Assembly: GCF_006345805.1 (NCBI RefSeq)
Contig: NW_021834087.1
Span: 1 to 26,915 of the forward strand
Direction of reading: 5' to 3'
From: Octopus sinensis
Taxonomy: Eukaryota
DNA length: 26,915 bases
Position 1 is the first letter of the stretch. Each line of letters opens with the position of its first letter. Position numbers and translations under genes: made by a program. Below, piece by piece: positions 11,355 through 22,755 of this stretch. Below the pieces are notes generated by a model. It searched no databases. It was not told where the DNA came from and saw only the letters and a list, made by a program, of their open reading frames with translations.

Positions 11355-11496
11355 TTACTTAGCGGTTCGGCAAAAGAGACCGATAGAATAAGTACTGGGC
11401 TTACAAAAGAATAAGTCCCGGGGTCGAGTTGCTTGACTAAAGGCGGTGCTCCAGCATGGCCGCAGTCAAGTGACTGAAACAAGTAAAGGAGTAAAT
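11355..11496 (+). mobile_element. SINE family A 3' tail
   Basis: Near-identical to 4503-4640. Confidence 0.9.
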
Positions 11497-11517
11497 GTTT
11501 TTACATTACGTATATAG

Positions 11518-11643
11518 AATAAACTGTGTTTTCCAAATAGAGAATTAAATATTGAAATGAAAACATTGAAATCGAGAGTGAGGGTCTTTGCAAATGAAAC
11601 CGAAATACCCCGCAATGAATTCAACGAATATATAAATTTGTGA
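11518..11643 (+). CDS. Candidate terminal exon, phase 0: NKLCFPNRELNIEMKTLKSRVRVFANETEIPRNEFNEYINL* (or internal exon ending at the donor at 11578)
   Basis: Acceptor tttttacattacgtatatag, open frame to TGA at 11641-11643, AATAAA at 11665-11670. Confidence 0.35.
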   Translation, partial: NKLCFPNRELNIEMKTLKSRVRVFANETEIPRNEFNEYINL

Positions 11644-11954
11644 AAAATTGGATTTCAAAAGTTCAATAAACTTCAGAAATCGAAATTATAGCAAATTTCT
11701 AGAAACATGAATTTCTAAAAAAAAATTCCGGACGATCAAGCCTTTAATAATTACTTTCTTTTAGTAACTAATTGATATTACATATCTAATTGATAAGCAG
11801 CTTTCTCCATCATAATATAGATGTTTATATATATATATATAAATATATATATCTAATGCAAGATAAAAGTTTTCGAAAAAAATTCTATCAATGGCCAGCA
11901 TATTAAAAAATACCTTTAAAGGTTAAATTCATATATAGGTGGTGAAAAACTGTC

Positions 11955-11992
<38 letters not shown>

Positions 11993-12003
11993 CTCTCTCT
12001 CTC

Positions 12004-12034
<31 letters not shown>

Positions 12035-12039
12035 ATCTC

Positions 12040-12080
<41 letters not shown>

Positions 12081-12109
12081 TATATATATATATGGGTGTG
12101 GCTGTGTGT

Positions 12110-12217
12110 AATAGGCGTAGGCGTGGCAGTGGAAACAGGCAGAGATGTAGTAGTTGATAAGAGCTTACAGGGTTCCGTGTTCAGTTCCACTGCATGGCAC
12201 CTTGGCCAAGTTACGGT
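12110..12217 (+). mobile_element. SINE family A head fragment
   Basis: ataggcgtaggcgtggcagtgg...ttcagttccactgcatggcaccttggccaag. Confidence 0.7.
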
Positions 12218-12428
12218 ATCTGAAACACAGCAGAACCGGTTGTCAATTGGTGGTGGGAGATAAACCCAGACAAAAACACATACACACTCACGCACATGCA
12301 CACACTTTAGTTTCCACTCACAAGGGTTTGGTCAGAGACTTGCCCAGGGTACCGCACAGTGGGGCTGAACCCGGGACGATGGGGATAGGAAGCAAGAATC
12401 TTACCACAGAGCCACGTCTCCGCCTACA
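12218..12428 (-). mobile_element. SINE family A, internally deleted, inverted relative to the preceding head
   Basis: ccactcacaagggtttggtc...gacttgcccagggtaccgcacagtggggctgaaccc...cttaccacagagccacg. Confidence 0.8.
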
Positions 12429-12509
12429 TATCAATGCCATGGTCATCACCTCGCATTAATACTGGTTATCGTCGTCCACATTCTGTACACCACCACCACC
12501 ACCACAATT

Positions 12510-12647
12510 ATAGGTACTACTCATTTTTGCCAGCTGGGTGGACTGGAGCAACGTGAAATAAAGTGTCTTGCTCAAGGACACGAGGCATCGCAGGGAATTG
12601 AACTCACGACCTTACGATCGTGAGCCGAATGCACTAAGCCACGCACT
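12510..12647 (-). mobile_element. SINE family C
   Basis: cagctgggtggactggagcaacgtgaaataaagtgtcttgctcaaggacac...gggaattgaactc (box B on the minus strand). Confidence 0.8.
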
Positions 12648-12653
12648 TTTACC

Positions 12654-12694
<41 letters not shown>

Positions 12695-12770
12695 TTAGGA
12701 TGGCCTAAACAGGCCATTCGTCCACCAGAAAGACAGCCAGAACTCCAACCGCCAAGTGTAATATATATAT

Positions 12771-12824
<54 letters not shown>

Positions 12825-12842
12825 ATATCACATATATATATA

Positions 12843-12900
<58 letters not shown>

Positions 12901-12940
12901 TGTATATGTATATGTATATGTATATTTATATATATTTATC

Positions 12941-13023
<83 letters not shown>

Positions 13024-13290
13024 GTCTGTCTGTATGTCTGTCTAGCTACCTAACTATCTATACACACATGCATATAAGAGGGATGACCACTAAGTGGACA
13101 TCCATTATGCTAGAAGTCGACCCTCTTATGGTCTTACCACTAAGAAAGGAATGTTCTCAAGAAAATTTAGCAAACACCAGAACGTAAGAGAGCAAGACAA
13201 ATGAAAAGATACCAAGTATGCATTTATAACGGATTATACACACACACACGCACACACCACCACCACATACACCACACACTATATATTTTA

Positions 13291-13347
<57 letters not shown>

Positions 13348-13760
13348 GATATATATATATATATTATATATATACATATACACACATATATAACGTATAA
13401 TGATTTTTTACCTGTTTGCATTTTTTACCTATTGTGACAGTGTATCGAAGTAGTGTTTATTATTCTTAAGATGTGTAGTTCTTAGCAGTTGTGTTGACTA
13501 GTTGGTCTCTCTCTCTCCCACGTAAGAAAACGAATATCGTTTTCCCTTTCATCTTTTGTAATGACTATCATCTTAGTTATCATTTTAAGAATAATATAAA
13601 ACAAGTAACCAAATATAAAGTAAATAATAAAAGTTAAAAGAATCACATAACAGTACGTACATAGTGCATGTGTGTATATATGTGTGCGTATGATTATGTG
13701 TGTGTATATCATGTCTCTGTCACTACCTGCCTTTCACCTTCTCTCGATATATATATATAT

Positions 13761-13954
13761 ATTCTTTTATTCGTTTACTTGTTTCGGTCATTTGACTGCA
13801 GCCATGCTGAAGCACCGCCTTTAAGCGAAGAAATCGACCCCAGGACTTATTTTTTTGTAAGCCTAGTACTTATTCTATCAGTATCTTTTGCCGAACAGCT
13901 ATGTTGTGGGGACGTGAACACATCAGCATCGATCGTCAAGTGATGCTGGGGAGA

Positions 13955-13988
<34 letters not shown>

Positions 13989-13991
13989 ACA

Positions 13992-14045
<54 letters not shown>

Positions 14046-14216
14046 GGTGTGGTGTGTGTATACGACGGGCTTCTTTCAGTTTCCGTCTACCAAATCCACT
14101 CACAAGGCTTTGGTCGGCCCTAAGCTATAGTAGAAGACACTTGCCCAAGGTTCCACGCAATGGGACTGAACCCGCAACCATGTGGTTGGTAAGCAAGATA
14201 TTTACCACACAGCCAC
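13761..14216 (-). mobile_element. SINE family A, full length with internal (CA)n/(TA)n
   Basis: Tail, body and tRNA head are all present in reverse complement. Confidence 0.92.
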
Positions 14217-14414
14217 ACACACACACACACACACACACCACACACATATATATACACACATACAATATATACACAGACACACACATAATACGTACACACA
14301 CATGCATATAAACGCAAATTGAAAGAATCGCGTATCATTCACATACAAGTACACACACAGCGCACACAACACACAGATAAATAAATATACATACACATGT
14401 ATAACACGATTTAT

Positions 14415-14460
<46 letters not shown>

Positions 14461-14540
14461 GCGTATGTACACTACACGTATGCAGGATATACATGTATGT
14501 ATATATATATATATATTCACACAAGTATCTAGGATACATT

Positions 14541-14574
<34 letters not shown>

Positions 14575-14783
14575 CTTATGCGCGTGTGCGTGTCTGTACA
14601 TAAACAAAAATTTAAAAAAATTAGATAAACAAAAGGAAATTAAACATAAATAAATTAAAAACAATACTATTTGATTTCTCGTCATAATTTTTATCTATTT
14701 ATTTTGTCTTTCATTCTGAAATCTTTTTCTTTTTTTCCTTCTTTAAAATTACACTTTTTCTTGTTCGTTTTCTTTATTTTTTT

Positions 14784-15005
14784 CTAGTAAAATAAAATAA
14801 AATAAAATAAAATAAAACTAATGAAAGCAGTAAAAGAAACATTGTCATACAATAAATTCAACCCTGGAAGAATAAAACGAAACGGCACAAATATATACAG
14901 AAAAGACACTTGAATTGCCAGCGGTAACCCTGCATTTACCAGCAGCCACTTTAGAATCGCATGTATTGTCACGAACCGTTTCCTTTGTTGTTTCAAGCAA
15001 AGAAC
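14784..15005 (-). other. Possible two-exon 3' end of a minus-strand gene (15005-14940, then 14863-14784): SLLETTKETVRDNTCDSKVAAG/LNLLYDNVSFTAFISFILFYFILFY*
   Basis: Donor CTG|gtaaat, a 76-nt intron and a strong acceptor tttcgttttattcttccag, with phase 1 consistent. The hydrophobic tail is partly (TTTTA)n. Confidence 0.2.
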
Positions 15006-15213
15006 CTACGGTTACAATGCACCACACACACACACAGACACACAGACACACACACACACAGAGAAGATATATAATAACAACAAAAATAAATAACAAACCC
15101 ACTTCTTCCTTTGTACTAAAACTATCTATAAATTAGATTTACATTTCGTACAAGCATAAAGAAAAAAGAGGAAAAGTTTTCATTTTGCCTTATTCCGTTT
15201 TATTCCCCTATTG

Positions 15214-15214
<1 letters not shown>

Positions 15215-15273
<59 letters not shown>

Positions 15274-15288
15274 CATTATTATTATTAA
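15215..15288. repeat. (TTA)n microsatellite
   Basis: Directly visible. Confidence 0.95.
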
Positions 15289-15541
15289 ATGTCAAACTCA
15301 TCTTTAACTTGGTAAAAGAGTTTTATTATTACAACTGTTGGCTATATATACAGGTTTACAGTCGCCAAGCTCTACGCCAGTGAATTAACTTTGTTTAGAA
15401 GACTAGAGCGGCGGAGAATTAGATTTTGCGAAAACATCGAAATGTCCGGAGAACATTTCTCCTTAATAGTAATCTTATTAGACAACTGCGTGTCCTTGTA
15501 ATCTTATGTACGTGTATAATATATATATAATATATAATATA

Positions 15542-15573
<32 letters not shown>

Positions 15574-15592
15574 CATATATATATATATATAT

Positions 15593-15624
<32 letters not shown>

Positions 15625-15990
15625 AATATGTATATATGTATGTTATGTATTTATTTATGTGATCATGTATTTGTATACGCGTGGATGTATGTCTGCATAA
15701 GTATATATGTGTAATTATGCATGTATGTGCAAGTTTTTCAATATGTGTGTGTGTGTGTGCGCGTATGCATGCATAAATGCTTGTCTATATGTGTGTGTAT
15801 GTATGAGTGTATGCAAGTGTATTTTTAAGCAAGTGTATTGCATGTGTGTGTGTGTTAAACTATAAATATGCATGGATGAGTGTGTGTGTGTGTGTGTATA
15901 TATATATACATATGCATTCATACATAAATGCATACATGCACACACACACACGCAAGCGCACACATACACATGCTCACATATATGCTTGTA

Positions 15991-16112
15991 GTGGAGGTGT
16001 TTAGCTTAGTGTTTAGCGTGTGTTGAACTCATAATCATGAGATAGTGATTTCGATTCCTGAACAAGACGATGCGTTCTTGAGCAAAATTTTTCACTTCAC
16101 GTTTCTCCAGGA
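15991..16112 (+). mobile_element. SINE family C, diverged
   Basis: gtggaggtgtttagcttagtg...gtgatttcgattcctg...ttgagcaaaatttttcacttcacgtttctccag. Confidence 0.75.
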
Positions 16113-16410
16113 CTTGTCTGCATACAAAAGAATTGGTGAATAACTATATGCTTGTGTGTATGCATGTATGACTATACACAAGCAGAGATGGGTCTGCATA
16201 TGTATTTCTGGTGTATGTGTTTGCACGTGTATTTTAAAATTGCTTGTATGCATATATGTAGGAGGATATTTGTGTGTGAGTGTAGTGTAGTGTTGTGATC
16301 AGCGAATAAACAAATCTGTATAGGAGTGTGTGAATGTACATATGTATATATGTACATATGTACATATGCATATATGTATATATACATATATGCATATATG
16401 TATATATACA

Positions 16411-16642
16411 AGGCGGCGAGCTGGCAGAAACGTTAGCATGCTGGGCGAAATGCTTTGCCGTATTTCGTCTGTCGTTACGTTCGAAGTTCAAATTCCACCG
16501 AGGTCGACTTTGCCTTTCATCCTTTCGGGATCGATAAATTAAGTACCAGTTACGCACTGGGTTCGATGTAATCGACTTAATCCCTTTGTCTGTCCTTGTT
16601 TGTCCCCTCTGTGTTTAGCCCTTTGTGGGTAGTAAAGAAATA
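16411..16642 (+). mobile_element. SINE family B, one complete unit
   Basis: ggcggcgagctggcagaaacgttagc...gaggtcgactttgcctttcatcc...gtgggtagtaaagaaata. Confidence 0.92.
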
Positions 16643-16683
16643 TATATGTATATATACTATAATGCATAATATATATATATATA

Positions 16684-16753
16684 CAGTGGGACTGAACCTG
16701 GGACCATGTGGTTGGTAAGCAAGCTTCTTACCACAGAACCACTACTGCGCCTA
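16684..16753 (-). mobile_element. SINE family A head only
   Basis: cagtgggactgaacctgggaccatgtggttggtaagcaagcttcttaccac. Confidence 0.85.
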
Positions 16754-16764
16754 TATATATAATA

Positions 16765-16814
<50 letters not shown>

Positions 16815-17124
16815 GTATATATATATATATAATATAATTATATATATATATATATATATAATATATATATATATATACATATAACATATATATACATATA
16901 TAATATATTGGTGTACATATATAATTACTTGTTTATATATATACGTATAAAAACAAATATCTATCTATCTATGTATCTATTTCTATATGCATGAACCGTA
17001 TTACGTTAGTGTCGACGCTAGGATTCCCCTGTAGATCATCTGGATTACCTGCTCCTTGAATTAATGTGTGTAACTGGTGGACCATTTCATAAACATGTAT
17101 TCCCTTAATGTTATTCTCTGACAG

Positions 17125-17243
17125 GATCAGTGTGGCATAGTTTATGATATGGGTGTCGTTTCAAATTATGTGTACAACACAAGCGATGGTTTCTATACAT
17201 ATTCGTCGTGTCAAATTGAACACACAGTCTTGGTCAACTCGAG
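17125..17243 (+). CDS. Candidate exon, phase 0: DQCGIVYDMGVVSNYVYNTSDGFYTYSSCQIEHTVLVNSR (3' boundary uncertain; frame open to 17280)
   Basis: Strong acceptor tcccttaatgttattctctgacag and 52 open codons; donor weak (GAG|gttgtg). Confidence 0.4.
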
Positions 17244-17310
17244 GTTGTGCAAAATGATACTGGTCAAAGATTCTATCCAGTGAAGTGGGACCCAGAACCT
17301 CGTATAGACG

Positions 17311-17341
<31 letters not shown>

Positions 17342-18200
17342 CATACTACATACATACATACATACATACATACATACATACATACACACATATGTATGTA
17401 CGCATAAATATATGTGTGTATATATGTATATATGCATATATATTTATGTATGTATGTATATATATATATATATATGTATGCATATCTATACATACATACA
17501 CACACATATATATATATACATACATACTTATATGCAAGCATACATGCATACATATATACATGCATGCATTCATACATATATAGATGTATGTATGCATATG
17601 TGTATACGTAAAAACACATACACAGAAGGACACAGATATACATACATCATTCATACATAACATGCATACATACATAACACGCACACACATACATACAAAC
17701 ACACATACAAACATACATACATGCATACATACAGACATACAGCAGACATACATGCAAACGTACATACAGACAGAGGGAATGCACACTATTATTTGTTCCA
17801 AGTCTCTACGCTCAAACGTCAAATTTCGTTGAATTCACCTTTGCGTTCATCCGTTCAGGGTCTTTGAGAAAATAGTAATTCAAGATGTGATTTGGAGGAA
17901 CAGTAAAACAGATGTATTGGGAAATTGGTCATAGCTCTTTGTATTCTAATTTAAATACTGCCAAGACAAAATTGGATTGGTCGTGGCCCGGATTAACAAC
18001 ACTTTACACATTGGTTGATTTTTGCAGAGGTTGTTCTGTAGCAAGACATATGATTCTATCTAACGCCTTCTACCCAGCAATCTTGGAGGTACTACAAGAT
18101 GTCATAGATACTGTTTGTTCTCCAGACTTAGAGAATATGTCCCAAACATATTTGAACTACCCTTGAGTTTATTTTCATCACTGTTTCGCGCTACGACTAA

Positions 18201-18250
<50 letters not shown>

Positions 18251-18251
18251 G

Positions 18252-18295
<44 letters not shown>

Positions 18296-18298
<3 letters not shown>

Positions 18299-18383
18299 AA
18301 CGCTAAGATACGGGGATGTAAACACACCACCATCGGTTGTCAAGCGATGTTGGGTGTACAAACACAGACACAGACACACACAC

Positions 18384-18453
<70 letters not shown>

Positions 18454-18548
18454 ACGGGCGTCTTTCAGTTTCTGTCTACCAAATCCACTCACAAGGCTTT
18501 GGTCGACCCGAAGCTATAGTAGAAGACACTTGCCCAATGTGCCACGCA
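18296..18548 (-). mobile_element. SINE family A body lacking the head
   Basis: Ends abruptly at gtgccacgca, where the consensus continues gtgggactgaacc. Confidence 0.88.
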
Positions 18549-18639
18549 ATATATATATAATTTTGTACATATGTAATTACTTTCTTATATATATACGTAT
18601 AAAAACATCTATCTATCTATCTATTTCTATATCGCAGGA

Positions 18640-18735
18640 TAACTCATTTTTTGTCAGCTGAGAGGACTAGAGCTTTTGCTCAGGAACACAACGCATCACC
18701 GGTCCAGGAATCGAAACCATGAACATGCGATCGTG
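18640..18735 (-). mobile_element. SINE family C, diverged
   Basis: gctcaggaacacaacgcatcaccggtccaggaatcgaaacc. Confidence 0.7.
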
Positions 18736-18798
18736 TTTATTATGCATTTACATCTAACACTAAGATATACTTGAAGATAAAGTCAAATTACCTTCAAA

Positions 18799-19631
18799 TA
18801 TTTTATTGCGTCTGGGGAGAGTCATTCTCTTTTAGTGTTTATTATTTAACACACTCAAGGTGGTGAGCTGGCAGAAACGTTAGCACGCCGGGCAAAATGC
18901 GTAGCCGTATTTCGTCTGCCGTTACATTGTGAGTTCAAATTCCGCCGAGGTCGACTTTACCTTTCATCCTATTGGGATCGATAAATTAAGTACCAGTTAC
19001 GAACTGGGGCCGATGTAATCGACTTAATCCGTTAGTCTGTCCTTGTTTGTCCTCTCTGTGTTTAGCCCCTTGTGGGTAGTAAAGAAATAGGTATTTCGTC
19101 TGCCGTTACGTTCTGAGTTCAAATTCCGCCGAGATGGACTTTGCCTTCCATCCTTTCGGGGTCGACAAATCAGTTACGCACTGGGGTCGATATAATCGAC
19201 TTAATCCCTTTGTCTGTTCTTGCTTGTCCCCTCTATGTTTTGTCCCTTGTGGGCAATAAAGAAATAAGAAACGTTAGCACGCCGGGCGAAATGCTTAGCG
19301 GTATTTCGTCTGTCTTTACGTTCTGAGTTCAAATTTCGCCAAGGTCAACCTTGACTTTCATTCGATAAATTAAGTATCAGTTGCATACTGGTGTTGATCT
19401 ACTTGACAGGCCCCTCTACCCCAAATTTCGGGCCTTATGCCTAGAGTAAAAAAAATTATTTAACACACTCACCGGTAAAGTTTCCACCCATTTACTTATT
19501 TAGTTTTCCTAAAAAATTTCGTTGCGTCTTGCAACCTTTTTAATAGTCGTTGAAAATGGGTAAAACTTTACCGGTGCGTGTGTTAAATAATAAGGCCCTA
19601 AAAGAGAATGACTCTTCCCAGACAACAAAAT
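18799..19631. mobile_element. MITE with ~90-bp imperfect TIRs, left TIR interrupted by the SINE-B trimer
   Basis: Left arm ...gtctggggagagtcattctcttttag..attatttaacacactca|ccggtaaagttt..acccattt is the reverse complement of aaatgggtaaaactttaccggtgcgtgtgttaaataat..ctaaaagagaatgactcttcccagac. Confidence 0.85.
18858..19454 (+). mobile_element. Trimeric SINE family B with A-tail and 17-bp TSD (18841-18857 and 19455-19471)
   Basis: Units start at 18858, ~19090 and ~19268; attatttaacacactca is duplicated exactly at both flanks. Confidence 0.92.
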
Positions 19632-19978
19632 ATGCTTCAACACCCACACTCATATGAAGAATCTTGCAAAGCAAATCCAAAAACGAAGTACATTCAAATA
19701 TATACACATATATAGTTTACTCATCACCAGTGTGTTGAACTATGATCACTTTTGCTTTCATCAACGACGTATGAAGAGAATCAAAAGTGCATGTCGTGCC
19801 GTGTTATATACTTCATGTATTTCTAAAACCAAGTAATTTCCCCTTTTCTGAATCGTTTCCTTGATTTCCTCTTTGAATTATTTTCAGAGTAACTGTCAAA
19901 CATTTTTTCATACAATCCTTATCTTTTTCTCTCCCGCCTCTCTCTCTCCGTCTCTCTCTACCTATCGATCTGTTCTGC

Positions 19979-20036
<58 letters not shown>

Positions 20037-20091
20037 GTCTGCCTGACTGTCCGTCTGACCGACTGTCTGTCTGTCGGTCTCTCTCTCTATT

Positions 20092-20128
<37 letters not shown>

Positions 20129-20777
20129 ATTCCAGCCAAACACATTTTTCGCAACGTGTGTGTGCACCTCAGTAAACATATCGACATCTGTATGCGCGAA
20201 CGTATGCATGTGTGTGTGTGTGTGAGTGCTTGTGTGTTAGTATGTGTACAGGTGCGTGTGTATCACCCTGTGTGTGTGTGCATACGTGCGTGTGTGCGCT
20301 AGCATGCGTGTGCGTGTCTGTGTGTGTGTATGTGTCTGTGCGTGTGTATGTGTATCTGTGTGTGTGTGTGTTCAAGATGAAATTTACTTATAATTTCATG
20401 TCAATTTGACTCATCCCTTCGGCAGGTTCGATTCACTGTTAAAGTAACTAATCAGGATTGAAATAAGTGGATAAGTACGTGAGAAAGAGACAAGAATGAA
20501 AAGAAAATTCTATAATAGAGGAAAAAATATTTCAGTAATAACTGCAATTCTTACGAATAATATGTCATTATAAAGTTGCTTCAAGAAGAACTGTAAACTT
20601 AACTATCCAATATTTTTCAGTGATTCTAGGTTGGGTAATATGTTAAAACGTTAAAATAGAATGTGAAATTTCATCATGGCGTACTTATTTTCCCTTTTTG
20701 TGACCTTCGACGTTAATTAGTTCAATACAATAACTATAGCTATGATAGCCATTTTGTCAAATTGTAATGTTTACCAG

Positions 20778-20800
20778 GAAAAGGAATGTGGCCTGTAGGA
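20778..20800 (+). other. Candidate 23-nt microexon (KGMWPVG in phase 1 to 0, or KRNVAC in phase 2 to 1)
   Basis: Acceptor ttgtaatgtttaccag and donor GGA|gtgagt. Confidence 0.3.
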
Positions 20801-20924
20801 GTGAGTAGCAGATAATTAAGTCTTTATTGGGAGCAGAATCAAAACGGGTTTAACTGGATGGTGCGCAAATGGGACGTCAGTTCGTATTCGGTTATGGAGT
20901 GTTTATTTCGACCAACCAGAAAGG

Positions 20925-21050
20925 ATCATAACCAAGTGGTTTCGGATTCAGTCCCACTGCGCGACACCTTGAATGAGTATCTGTTGCTACAAAATCGGGC
21001 CCATTTATGACTTGTCAGTGAATTGAATTTGGTAGAGGAAGCGCATCGTC
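20925..21050 (+). mobile_element. Degenerate SINE family A head and body
   Basis: ggattcagtcccactgcgcgacaccttg...cttgtcagtgaattgaatttggtagagg. Confidence 0.7.
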
Positions 21051-21139
21051 TATCTATTTGTCTGTCTGCCTGTCTCTGTCTGTCTCTGTCTGTCTGCCTG
21101 TCTGTCTGTCTCTCTAAATATATATATATATATATATAT

Positions 21140-21302
21140 ATACACATTCTCTCTCTGTTTATTTTCTCGTGTTCCTTTCTGTTGATGAGCGTAGGCTCGA
21201 AACATAAAAGACTATCTCACCTTCCCGAGCGTTAAACTAATACCCCTGTTTATTGTTTACACACCTGTCTTCGTCTTTTGTTTTTTTATGTAATTTCCAA
21301 CT
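21140..21302 (+). mobile_element. Short element P3 (relative of P1 and P2) between (TA)n arrays
   Basis: HHR-like motif, ttcccgagcgt box, T-rich tail, ccaactata. Confidence 0.6.
21175..21210 (+). ncRNA. Minimal hammerhead-like motif (variant)
   Basis: CUUU-CUGUUGA-U-GAGC(GUAG)GCUC-GAAAC-AUA-AAAG. Helix I is CUUU/AAAG; deviations are A6U and ACGU to ACAU (CpG-decay type). Confidence 0.45.
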
Positions 21303-21538
21303 ATATGTATGTAAATATATATAATAATATATATATATATATATGATATATATATATATATATATATGTATTATACATATTTATATAAATGTATACATAT
21401 ACATATATGTATATATGTATATATATATTCATATATATATATATATACATATATATACATCTATATATATATATATATATATATAAGATATATATAAAAT
21501 ATATATAATATATATATATACATCTTATATATATATAA

Positions 21539-21568
<30 letters not shown>

Positions 21569-21570
<2 letters not shown>

Positions 21571-22368
21571 CGTATTTTCTCGATAAATTTTTGAGCGTTA
21601 GACGATATACCAAAAAACCCTATTTTGTCGGGTACGTTCTGAGTCTGCGCAGTGATTTGAATAGTTTAGAAAGAGCAATTTAATAGACGCATGTGCCTAT
21701 TAATGTGCTCTTCCCATAATAACAGGAATCTTACCGAAGAGCCTACCTGAGTAAATAAATATATTTTTTATTGCTGAAATAGGCGAAACTGCAGCTAAGA
21801 AGAACTAAGTTTGTAAAAGTTTTTAATTTTCATCTCATTAAATTTATCCAGCTTTTGTGTATCTAGTACACACTTCGCCTTTTAATGTACTTATATATAA
21901 ATAATATATGGCGTGTCCTAGAACACCAGCGATAATAATTAATTTTATTGTATCGCATTTGACTTTGTTTACGTATTTTCTCGATAAATTTTTGAGCGTT
22001 AGACGATATACCAGAAAACCATATTTTGTCGGGTACGTTCTGAGTCTGCGCAGTGATTTGAATAGTTTAGAAAGAGCAATTTAATAGACGCATGTGCCTC
22101 TATTAATGTGCGCTTCCCATAATAACAGGAATCTTACTGAAGAGCCTACCTGAGTAATAATATTATTTTTATTGCTGAAATAGGCGAAACTGCAGTCTAA
22201 GAAGAACTAAGTTTGTAAAAGTTTTTAATTTTCATCTCATTAAATTTATCCAGCTTTTGTGTATCTAGTACACATTCGCCTTTTAATGTACTTATATATG
22301 ATATATATGGCGTGTCCTAGAACACCAGCGATAATAATTAATTTTATTGTATCGCATTTGACTTTGTT

Positions 22369-22369
<1 letters not shown>
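21569..22369. repeat. Direct tandem duplication of a ~400-bp unit (21569-21969 and 21970-22369) bounded by (TA)n
   Basis: The copies align end to end with a few substitutions and small indels. Confidence 0.95.
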
Positions 22370-22399
<30 letters not shown>

Positions 22400-22463
22400 T
22401 AATATATATATATATATGTGTAATACATATGTATATATAGTATATATATATAATAATTATATA

Positions 22464-22755
22464 TATTTCTTTACTACCACAAGGGGCTAAACACAGAGGG
22501 GACAAACAAGGACAGACAAAGGGATTAAGTCGACCTGGGCGGAGGCCGCCACCACCACTTGACAACCGGTGCTGGTTTGTTTATACCCCATTAACTTTGA
22601 GGCCCGGTAAAAGAAACCGATGAAATAAGTGCCGGACTTTAAAATGATTAAATACTGGCGGTGGTGGGGTCTATCTTTTCGGCTAAAACCCTTCAAGACT
22701 GAGCGAGCCATGGCATTGCCGCCGTGCAATGACTGAAACACGTAAACGGTAAAAG
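22464..22755. mobile_element. Chimera: SINE-B tail (minus, 22464-22533) joined to a diverged SINE-A-like tail (plus, ~22548-22755)
   Basis: tatttctttactaccacaaggggctaaacacagagggg, followed by ttgacaaccggtgctgg...aatgactgaaacacgtaa. Confidence 0.7.

Noticed and set aside
13441-13521. Strong acceptor at 13440 and donor CAC|gtaaga
   Set aside because: Stops occur in all frames and there is no other support.
17858-18200. Protein-like frames (VFEKIVIQDVIW..., GCSVARHMILSN..., ORF 17912-18166)
   Set aside because: The first acceptor lies inside a decayed SINE-B, frames are ambiguous on both strands, and the implied introns are too short.
18858-19454. CRISPR-like or satellite array
   Set aside because: The units are SINE monomers with no unique spacers, in a eukaryotic context.
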